64,000 nt of DNA from Chloroflexota bacterium (lineage in GTDB: Bacteria > Chloroflexota > UBA6077 > FW602-bin22 > JACPRP01), in contig JAMCWX010000001.1 of NCBI GenBank assembly GCA_023480885.1, positions 27,669 through 91,668 on the forward strand. Reading direction: 5' to 3'. Both the position numbers and the translations under genes were made by a program. Position 1 is the stretch's first letter. Each line of letters opens with the position of its first letter. Positions 36,301 through 43,071 of this stretch are shown in pieces. The notes beneath the pieces are model-generated. The model was not told where the DNA came from. It searched no databases and saw nothing but the letters and a program-made list of their open reading frames with translations.

Positions 36301-36873
36301 TCCTCGACACGCAAAGCCCCCCCTGTCCTCGACAACCAGCTCACGGCGGTAGCCGTTTCCCAGCCAGCCCAACAGCATCTGGTTAACGTCCACGACGTCG
36401 CCGTGAACCAGACACTTCGTGGCGGTCGTGAATTGCCGCGCCTCCACGATTTTCTGCATCAGCGCCCTGGCTGGAGCCACGACGATGGGAGGTCTGTCGC
36501 CCTGCTGCCGTTGCGTGAGCTTGACCAGCGCTCTTATGCGTTCCTGTCTGGACACAGGGTCAGATGATGTACGCTCGTAAAAGAGGGTTTCAGTCTCCGG
36601 ATAGAGCATCGCTCCCGTCTGGGACCACACCTGGAGTTCCTCGACCAACTGCGCTGCTCGCTGGCCTGAGCTCGTGACCACGAGAACAGGTCGGCCAATA
36701 TCCTGCCGTACGCAAGCGATCAGATACGCTTTCGCCGCGTCGAGCACTGAGACGCGAGCTGCAGTTTCTGGCGTTCCACGTCCCAACGCCTGGAGCAGTT
36801 CGCGATATGCAGGTAATTCGGTTATCTCCGATAACAAGCCTGAGAGGTTCAATTCACCGTGCCCTAAACACAC
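33376..36873 (-). CDS. mfd: Transcription-repair coupling factor
   Basis: 1165 aa. CarD/TRCF domain (VVHVDHGIGRFRGL), helicase motifs GDVGYGKTEVA, IIDEEQRFG and the TRG region, plus a C-terminal D7-like domain. The start codon is uncertain (GTG at 36873). Confidence 0.93.
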   Translation of the reverse strand: MCLGHGELNLSGLLSEITELPAYRELLQALGRGTPETAARVSVLDAAKAYLIACVRQDIGRPVLVVTSSGQRAAQLVEELQVWSQTGAMLYPETETLFYERTSSDPVSRQERIRALVKLTQRQQGDRPPIVVAPARALMQKIVEARQFTTATKCLVHGDVVDVNQMLLGWLGNGYRRELVVEDRGGFACRGGIVDIFPVTSSLPVRIELFGDEIDTIREFDPATQRSGQRLESILIPPARETELRVPVILSRLAALDLSSLRPEALEQWRKDIEAIEESGISEELAFYASVCGEATLLDYLGQDALLILDDVSETRATIRDLDEQARNLRRELLEFGELPGNFPKPYCCWTEMENAFARKNRLEFAWREGFAELDGLVEPWGSVFQAVPTYGGRIKMVVDDIRKALRSNGRLVVATQQAQRLLELLNERGLPARLADSLETAPSRGSVVVVHEALHEGFQFAPGNGRPGITLLTDLEIFGWSKPRRVVQRKSVQRDAFLSDIEIGDLVVHVDHGIGRFRGLTRIADDGAEREYLAVEYAEGDRLYVPTDQLDRVNKYIGVGEHAPVIHRLGSGDWMRARERVKAAVREVAGDLLEVYAAREAKPGFAFSPDSPWQRELEDSFPYVETADQMLAIAETKADMERPKPMDRLICGDVGYGKTEVALRAAFKAVTDGKQVAILVPTTVLAQQHYKTFQERLQTFPINVEMLSRFRTEKEQKAVLEGLRAGTVDICIGTHRLIQKDVQFRDLGLVIIDEEQRFGVVHKERLKQLRKEVDVLTLTATPIPRTLHMAISGVRDMSTMETPPEERLPIKTFVTEYDGRLVRDAILRELDRGGQVYFVHNRVQSIDYMAKRLEELVPEAIIAVGHGQMPEDHLEKVMVNFAAGKFDVLVCTTIIESGLDIPNVNTIIVNHADRFGLAQLYQLRGRVGRGANRAYAYFLFARDKRLTPTAEKRLRTIFEATELGAGFRIAMKDLEIRGAGNLLGTEQHGHVAAVGFDLYCRMLADAVRASQGKVEERLPEVTLILPLNAYLPADYVPDEPLRINLYQRLASATTLDQVGNLVLEMRDRFGSPPKPVLDLAYLVQLKIMAAHAGIRRIESSGEELVIALAEGKRLERERLSREFGQVLKVGNTQARLQMSGPRESWLEVLGKVVERLGELDHLQD

Positions 36874-36929
36874 CTAGGGACTGGACGTACGACCAGCCCC
36901 TGGGTTTTCGACTATGTCAGCGTATGTGA

Positions 36930-36938
36930 ATTATACCA
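36930..36938 (-). promoter_or_regulatory. Extended -10 element (TGgTATAAT) upstream of mfd
   Basis: The minus strand reads TGGTATAAT at 36938-36930. I found no convincing -35. Confidence 0.3.
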
Positions 36939-37037
36939 TCTTGCCGTCAGTGGAGCACGCACGCGCAGATCGCCTCGGTCTCCGAGCCCGAGGCGGTCTC
37001 CAGGCATCATCGAGGCTACTCGGCAAACCGCAGGACG

Positions 37038-37066
37038 TTGACCTATCTACACGTTGCGAGTAAAAT
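37038..37066 (+). promoter_or_regulatory. Candidate promoter of the membrane-GH gene
   Basis: TTGACC (37038-43), 17 nt, TAAAAT (37061-66). Only 4 nt separate the -10 from the first in-frame ATG (37071). Confidence 0.35.
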
Positions 37067-37070
37067 ATGA

Positions 37071-39200
37071 ATGCAGACGGGCCTCTTGCTGTGCCCGTAC
37101 GGTAACTACCTCACGAACGTGATCGGAAACCACCTTGACTTGCAATACCACAACATTGTGAAGTGGCGGAGGAGTTTCGAACAGTTACAGATGGTACAGA
37201 AGGTCCTTACTCCCTGGTACCTCTTTCCCCAATCGGGCGCCACATCGCTCGTGCGGCAAGCTCTCCGCTGCCGTACCGTTAAGCTCCTTGTTTCCAGCCT
37301 TGCCATCTGGCCGCTCATTTCCCTTCTTCACGAAACGATCGTCGTCGTGGTCGCCGTGCTCCTCTCGATTGCGATGAAATCTGGACTCCCAGGTTGGCTC
37401 ATCGAGGTTTTCTCGATGGATAAAGTGTACGCCTCGGTAGCCTTTCAGATGATAGGCAATATTCAGCCACTGGGCATGAGCGTCGCTGGGCCACTCGGCG
37501 ATGCGCTTCACTTCATACTGCCAGCGATATTTCTTGATCCTGGTACCGTCGCTCCCGGCGCCTGGGCCAGCGCGGTTATGGAATCCGGCGGCTCATTGCT
37601 CACCAGGACCATAGCCAGGGGAGTGGCGGCCGGCGTCTTGATCTCCCTGGGCTTAGCGCTCTTTCGCTTCGGGCTCAAAGGCCAAAGACTGCGCGGGCTG
37701 GTTGACGGGCCAGCAAACAACTCGGGAGTGGTCTTCCTGGGCCTGATGTTGCAGATTCGGGCCATCACAACCATTCTCAGGCTTCCCAATTCCATCCAGC
37801 ATTTGGAGACGATGGGACTTCCCCAGATCCTCACAAAGCTGATACCGTCCACGCAACAGAGCTACGACGCCGTGCGGAGCACGTTGGAGCCAATAACTCC
37901 TGTTATCATTCCCATTGTGCTGCTTGGCATCCTTTATGGCGCCAGTCTGGCTGTAGTGAAGGCTCTTTCGATCATTTACTCGAGGATCAGAAGGCCAGCT
38001 CCACATCGGACGACAACCCTGGTCGATAAAGCGGAATATCCGAGTGATCAGGGAAAACAACCAGGAGACGACAGCGCCAAATCACATCGCCCCAGCAAGA
38101 CATACCGTACGCTCACGGCCGTACCATTGTTACCGTCCCTGATTGTTCTCGTCGTTCTCCTGGCCGTGACCAACATTGGGGGTGCGAGGACAAACGCCGA
38201 CTATCCTTTCGCGCCTGTGGCAGATGACGAAAACGCGCCAACCGACACAGCGCTGGCCGTGCCCAACGCGACTCCGAGACCCTCGAGGTCAACGCTAAAG
38301 CCAAGCTTGGTGACCATCTCGTGGACTGCTGGAGGCTATGAATACCTCGTCAACGGTGCGCCAGAGACCATCCGTGGCGTCGGGTACAACGTGCAATACG
38401 AAAACCTGACAGACGAGGAGAGAATCGCGGCTTACCAAAGGGATTTCCGCAAGATGAAAGAAGTCGGCATCAACACGATTCTCGGATGGGACCAGAATAG
38501 GTTTGACGAACAATTGCTCTCTGTCGCACACGAGAATGGAATAGGCGTCGTACTGCCATACCACTTGCCCCCCAGGGGAGACTATTGGAACCTCACTTAT
38601 CGCCAGCAACTCAAGGACGATATTACCGCCTGGGTAATGCGGTTCAAGAAAAATCCAGCCCTCCGAATGTGGGGCATCGGCAACGAAGTCCTTCACGACA
38701 TGCAGGATAAGAAGCAGACGGCCGCATTTGCGGAGTTCTATCGAGACATCGCCGACAGCGTTCACCAGCTCGATCCCGATCACCTCGTCATCTATCGTGA
38801 GGCCGAGGACGTGTTCGTCCCTATACTGAAGCAAGCCATTAAGAGAGATAAGGTAGCGCGTCCGTGGCTCGTGTACGGCATGAACATATTCACATACCGC
38901 CTCAAGAAAGTGCTGGTGAGCTGGCCTCGGCAAGAGATGGATATGCCTCTGGTTATCTCCGAATTCGCGCCGACGGGGCTCGGCGCCCGTGATAGGCCGG
39001 CGGCGTACGCCACGATGTGGAACATGCTTCGCGAGCACCGCTCGATCGTCCTGGGGGGCTTCATGTACGTGTGGACGACCAATGGGCCGGAGCCGCTCGA
39101 TCGAGTTTACGGGCTGGTCAACGAAAAGGGCATTCCGACGGATGGCTCGCTCGAAGCGATGCGCACCCTATTCCACAACGAAACCCAGAGCACGAATTGA
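37071..39200 (+). CDS. Polytopic membrane domain fused to a clan GH-A (GH2/GH5-like TIM-barrel) glycoside hydrolase domain
   Basis: The C-terminal ~290 aa show FRKMKEVGINTILGWD, MWGIGNEV (acid/base NE) and LVISEFAP (nucleophile E). The N-terminal ~400 aa have 6-7 hydrophobic helices. The true start is uncertain. Confidence 0.65.
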   Translation: MQTGLLLCPYGNYLTNVIGNHLDLQYHNIVKWRRSFEQLQMVQKVLTPWYLFPQSGATSLVRQALRCRTVKLLVSSLAIWPLISLLHETIVVVVAVLLSIAMKSGLPGWLIEVFSMDKVYASVAFQMIGNIQPLGMSVAGPLGDALHFILPAIFLDPGTVAPGAWASAVMESGGSLLTRTIARGVAAGVLISLGLALFRFGLKGQRLRGLVDGPANNSGVVFLGLMLQIRAITTILRLPNSIQHLETMGLPQILTKLIPSTQQSYDAVRSTLEPITPVIIPIVLLGILYGASLAVVKALSIIYSRIRRPAPHRTTTLVDKAEYPSDQGKQPGDDSAKSHRPSKTYRTLTAVPLLPSLIVLVVLLAVTNIGGARTNADYPFAPVADDENAPTDTALAVPNATPRPSRSTLKPSLVTISWTAGGYEYLVNGAPETIRGVGYNVQYENLTDEERIAAYQRDFRKMKEVGINTILGWDQNRFDEQLLSVAHENGIGVVLPYHLPPRGDYWNLTYRQQLKDDITAWVMRFKKNPALRMWGIGNEVLHDMQDKKQTAAFAEFYRDIADSVHQLDPDHLVIYREAEDVFVPILKQAIKRDKVARPWLVYGMNIFTYRLKKVLVSWPRQEMDMPLVISEFAPTGLGARDRPAAYATMWNMLREHRSIVLGGFMYVWTTNGPEPLDRVYGLVNEKGIPTDGSLEAMRTLFHNETQSTN

Positions 39201-39211
39201 ACCGATCGACC

Positions 39212-39769
39212 TCACGCGTTGTATTTGTTCATCGCGGCGACGATCCCCTGTGAGAGAATCATTTCCACCGCGTCCGCCCCTCTGGCCAGGGCCTCTCGTA
39301 CGATAGGCATTTCGTCAGCAGTGATGTCGGCCAGGACGTATCCTTTGGCTTCCACGCCAGCGGGTCTGCCTATTCCAATTCGCATCCTGGCGAAATCCTG
39401 CGTCTTCACCCAGTCGATAATCGACTGGACGCCACGATGGCCGCCGGAACTGCCTCTCTCCCTGATGCGAATCTTGCCCAGAGGGAGGTCCAGATCGTCG
39501 TAGATAACCAGCAAATCGGCAGGGGTCAGCTTGTACCATCCCATCAACGACCGGACGGCTTCGCCGCTGAGGTTCATAAACGTTTGTGGCTTCGCCAGAA
39601 CCACCTTTTGGTCGGCGATGATCCCTTCGGCGACCAACGCCGCAAATCGCCTCTTGCGGAGGTCGAGGTGATGCCTGGAGGCCAGCACGTCCAGGCACAT
39701 AAAGCCCACGTTGTGGCGATTTCGCGCGTATTGGCGCCCCGGATTGCCTAAGCCAACTGTCAGTCTCAA
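39212..39769 (-). CDS. pth: Peptidyl-tRNA hydrolase
   Basis: (M)RLTVGLGNPGRQYARNRHNVGFM and GSSGGHRGVQSI. The TTG start lies 5 nt after the stop of the priming transferase gene. Confidence 0.93.
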   Translation of the reverse strand: MRLTVGLGNPGRQYARNRHNVGFMCLDVLASRHHLDLRKRRFAALVAEGIIADQKVVLAKPQTFMNLSGEAVRSLMGWYKLTPADLLVIYDDLDLPLGKIRIRERGSSGGHRGVQSIIDWVKTQDFARMRIGIGRPAGVEAKGYVLADITADEMPIVREALARGADAVEMILSQGIVAAMNKYNA

Positions 39770-39774
39770 GATTC

Positions 39775-41175
39775 TCAGTAAGCGTTCTTATCTCTGAAGA
39801 TTACGAAGAGGCTCTGGACAAGGATCTTGAAGTCAAGCCACAAAGTCCAGTTCTCCACATACCACAAATCGTATGCCGTGCGTTCCTCGATTGATGTGTT
39901 ACCCCGCAAGCCGTTCACTTGAGCCCAGCCCGTAATGCCCGCTTTCTCGTTATGCCTCTCGAAATAGCGCGGCACGGTCTGCTTGAACTGCTCCACGAAA
40001 TGGGGCCGCTCGGGACGAGGTCCGACAAGGCTCATCTCACCAATCAACACGTTCATCAATTGCGGTAGCTCATCGAAAGAGTATCGACGGAGAACGCGGC
40101 CGATTCTCGTCGTTCTATCGTCACCCCTCTTCGCCCACACAGGTCCCGTATCGCCTTCGGCATCTGGCCGCATAGAGCGAAACTTGAATATCTGAAAGGG
40201 CTTGCCGTCGAGCCCAACACGCTCCTGCGTGTAGAAGACTGAGCCCTCGGGCGAGGTCAACTTGACCAGGAAGGCTAAGAACAACAAGAAAGGTGAAAGG
40301 ACAACAAGGCCCGCCGCGCTGAAAACCAAATCCACCCATCGCTTGATGGCCAGATTCCAGCCCTTCAGAGCTACATCCCTTACAGTCACCAGAGGAAGGC
40401 CATCCAGGTCGCTGATGCTCACTTCCGAAGCCATAATCTGGAAAAGGTCGGGATAACACCTGATGTTAACGTTTTGCTTCTGGCACTTGGCAACTATGTC
40501 CAGCAACTGCTTGCGCGACAGCGTGGGAATGGCCACTATCACTTCATCGATGCGGTATTCCTTAACGAGCGTCCCCACGTTTTCAACCGTTCCGACGACA
40601 GGCACACCAAACACGCTGGCAGGCCCAGGTTCCTCAGTCACGAATCCCACTGCACGATAGCCCAGCCCAGGCGAATGTCTCATCTTATCCAGAATCATCT
40701 TGGCGATATCATCAGTCCCTACGATAAGAACCCTATACTGGCCGATGTCCAGGGCACGCAGGAAGCTCTGGACTCGTGAGTGGACAACCCGACCTATCAG
40801 CACAAAAATCAGCGAGAGAAGCCAGACAAAAGCCAGCATCATCCTGGAGTACCCGAAGTCCCGCGAGATTATGGCGCTCACGGCCATAACGACCAGAGTG
40901 GCTACCGAAAGCGCGGCAAACGCGCTGTATGCCGGATCGACCCACGAGCCAGAACGCTTTAGCTTGTATAGACCGTGCATTGCGAATATAGGCGGCGTAA
41001 GAATTACCTGCAATGCCAGCGGCCCCAGGTAAACGCCAAACGGCTGCATCTCTTGAACCCCAAAAACGTTTGACTCAAATCGCACTCGGTAGCCGAGATA
41101 ATAGGAGACGATTAGCGCGATGATGTCGATGGCCACGAGCGCCACCGAGAAATATACGTTCGCACTCTTCCTCAT
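39775..41175 (-). CDS. Polyprenyl-phosphate hexose-1-phosphate transferase (WbaP/WcaJ-type priming enzyme)
   Basis: N-terminal TM helices, a central Rossmann-like domain, and the C-terminal bacterial sugar-transferase signature [11 protein letters not shown]...[22 protein letters not shown]...[12 protein letters not shown]. Confidence 0.88.
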   Translation of the reverse strand: MRKSANVYFSVALVAIDIIALIVSYYLGYRVRFESNVFGVQEMQPFGVYLGPLALQVILTPPIFAMHGLYKLKRSGSWVDPAYSAFAALSVATLVVMAVSAIISRDFGYSRMMLAFVWLLSLIFVLIGRVVHSRVQSFLRALDIGQYRVLIVGTDDIAKMILDKMRHSPGLGYRAVGFVTEEPGPASVFGVPVVGTVENVGTLVKEYRIDEVIVAIPTLSRKQLLDIVAKCQKQNVNIRCYPDLFQIMASEVSISDLDGLPLVTVRDVALKGWNLAIKRWVDLVFSAAGLVVLSPFLLFLAFLVKLTSPEGSVFYTQERVGLDGKPFQIFKFRSMRPDAEGDTGPVWAKRGDDRTTRIGRVLRRYSFDELPQLMNVLIGEMSLVGPRPERPHFVEQFKQTVPRYFERHNEKAGITGWAQVNGLRGNTSIEERTAYDLWYVENWTLWLDFKILVQSLFVIFRDKNAY

Positions 41176-42080
41176 TGGAAGACCCTCCTACTTACTCGCG
41201 CGCGGACGAAGCCCTGCGCAACAGCCGTTGCCCCACGAAGGTAAATAGCAGAGATCACGAGCCAGTTGATTGGGAAATAAGTCGTTCTGGCATAATGCTT
41301 GTGGTAAAAGACAAGCATCGCCCTGTAAAACTCAAAACTCGATTTGATGCTGTGCTGTTTGCTGCTTTCGCCTTTATAGTGCGTCACGGTAACTTGCCCG
41401 TTATAAAGCACACTCCAGCCCCGTTGTTTGATACGGTACGCCCAGTCGATGTCTTCTCCATACATGAAGAAATCTTCGTCGAGCAAGCCTACCTGGCTTA
41501 ATGCCGAGTACCTGACCAGCATAAAGGCGCCTACAACAGAGTCAACCTCATAGACCCCGTTTGAATCAAGATAAGTCAGATTGTACTGGGCGAATCTCCT
41601 GTGGCAGGGGAACGCTTTGCTCAAGCCCAGCATTCTATAGAAAGATACCTCCGGAGAAGGAAAGCTCCGGCGGCACGCCAGGTCAAGCTTGCCGTCGGGC
41701 CGTACGAGCTTCGGCCCAGCGGCGCCTGCGTGCTCGTGAGCATCCATAAAGTCAATCATCTGCTTCAACGCCGTGGGTGAGACAACTGTGTCAGGATTGA
41801 GAAGCAAAACGTAGCGGGGGAATTCCTGTCCGCTTCGCTGCAGTATGTTCGCCAGCGCCAGGTTATTTGCGTAAGCGTACCCACCATTCACAGGGCTGAC
41901 GATGAGATGAGCTTGCGGGAAAAGGTCGCGAACCATTTCTGCGCTGCCATCGATCGACCGGTTATCGACGACGAAGGTCTCGAAGTGCAAGTCGCCTTCG
42001 CTATCGTATATCGACTGCAAGCAGTCACGAAGAAGGTCCTTAACGTTGTAGTTGACTATGACAATCGATAGATCAAGCAT
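41172..42080 (-). CDS. Glycosyltransferase family 2
   Basis: [24 protein letters not shown]...[11 protein letters not shown]...LLLNPDTVV. The ATG at 42080 overlaps the upstream stop by 8 nt. The track ORF starts at 42149. Confidence 0.85.
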   Translation of the reverse strand: MLDLSIVIVNYNVKDLLRDCLQSIYDSEGDLHFETFVVDNRSIDGSAEMVRDLFPQAHLIVSPVNGGYAYANNLALANILQRSGQEFPRYVLLLNPDTVVSPTALKQMIDFMDAHEHAGAAGPKLVRPDGKLDLACRRSFPSPEVSFYRMLGLSKAFPCHRRFAQYNLTYLDSNGVYEVDSVVGAFMLVRYSALSQVGLLDEDFFMYGEDIDWAYRIKQRGWSVLYNGQVTVTHYKGESSKQHSIKSSFEFYRAMLVFYHKHYARTTYFPINWLVISAIYLRGATAVAQGFVRARVSRRVFQ

Positions 42081-43065
42081 TTGGCTTACCGTTTCGCAGC
42101 CTCCACCACACTCCTGCGGGATAGCCAACCATCTTGGCGACGTCCCCAACTAGCCTGATAAGCGGTACCCAAAGAATCGCTTCTAACTGCTCGGAACGAC
42201 GTGATGCCTTGATAACAGGCCATAACCGCCAATAGGGGCGTTGCAGATACACAGCAGAGGCGCCTATGAGAAGCAGCCAGAGCAGTTTATACCAGAAACC
42301 AAGTAGCAATGCAAGGGGAGCGATGACATAAGTGGCATAGCGAACGAAGTGCCGCTTGGGCCAAAGAGCAGCCTTGCCATCTCCTCTGGCGTAGAGATAG
42401 TACTGCTTGAAGAACTGTCTGATATTCTGTCGCGGGCGAAAATGGGTGACAGCCGCTGGCACAAAGACAAAGCGATAACCAGCTTTCCGCAGTTCGAGAT
42501 CGAACCACACATCTTCACAATAATCCAGCCATTCCGGATAGCCTCCCACTCGCCTCCACGCTTCTTTCTTAAAGGCGACTGATCTGCTGGAAGGAAGGAA
42601 GGTTTCCCGTTCGATCTCGCTCTCATTTGGCAGGACAGTTGCGCCCATTGCCATTTCGAACACCGAGTGTGGGTCGGAGACAAAGAAGCCGCTCACCACA
42701 TCTGCCGCAACATCCATTCCACCGTCCGCGTCTTCGCGTTTCTCAAAGGCGCCCACCAGGAACTTGAGCCAGTCAGGAGACAGCTTCACTCCCGCGTCGG
42801 TCGAAGCGATGATTTCCCCATAAGCGTGCGAGATAGCGATGTTTCGCCCTTGAGAGATATTGCTCCCCGGCGCGAGAAACAAGCGAATCGGCTCCCCCTG
42901 ATCGACGAAGCGCTCAATTGTCTCGACTGTGCGGTCTGTCGAACCCCCATCGACGATCACGATCTCGTCTGGTCTCAGCGTCTGATTCAGCAACGAGGTA
43001 ATCAATGTTGTGATGTTTGCTTCCTCGTTCTTCACGGTAACTATCACGGAGACGAAAGGAGCCAT
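42073..43065 (-). CDS. Glycosyltransferase family 2 with two C-terminal TM helices (GtrB/CsbB/DPM1-like architecture)
   Basis: [21 protein letters not shown]...[12 protein letters not shown], and a C-terminal [28 protein letters not shown]. Confidence 0.85.
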   Translation of the reverse strand: MAPFVSVIVTVKNEEANITTLITSLLNQTLRPDEIVIVDGGSTDRTVETIERFVDQGEPIRLFLAPGSNISQGRNIAISHAYGEIIASTDAGVKLSPDWLKFLVGAFEKREDADGGMDVAADVVSGFFVSDPHSVFEMAMGATVLPNESEIERETFLPSSRSVAFKKEAWRRVGGYPEWLDYCEDVWFDLELRKAGYRFVFVPAAVTHFRPRQNIRQFFKQYYLYARGDGKAALWPKRHFVRYATYVIAPLALLLGFWYKLLWLLLIGASAVYLQRPYWRLWPVIKASRRSEQLEAILWVPLIRLVGDVAKMVGYPAGVWWRLRNGKPNA

Positions 43066-43071
43066 TTCTTC

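Noticed and set aside
37067-37073. A leaderless start for the membrane-GH gene, by analogy with hisH.
   Set aside because: The -10 hexamer ends only 4 nt before the ATG (versus 7 nt at hisH and at 5947), so the predicted TSS would fall inside the codon. I kept it as an open question rather than a call.
37185-37580. A hydrophilic, protein-like minus-strand frame (...KKYRWQYEVKRIAEWPSDAHAQWLNIAYHLKGYRGVHFIHRENLDEP...) opposite the 5' part of the membrane-GH gene. I considered a decayed gene or a wrong-strand call.
   Set aside because: It is in exact codon register with the plus-strand ORF, so it is the codon-by-codon complement of a hydrophobic segment (Leu/Val/Ile/Phe codons read as Glu/Asp/Lys/Asn/His). 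It has no ATG and is interrupted upstream. The plus ORF is continuous for 709 codons and ends in a recognisable GH domain. I cannot fully exclude it without a homology search.
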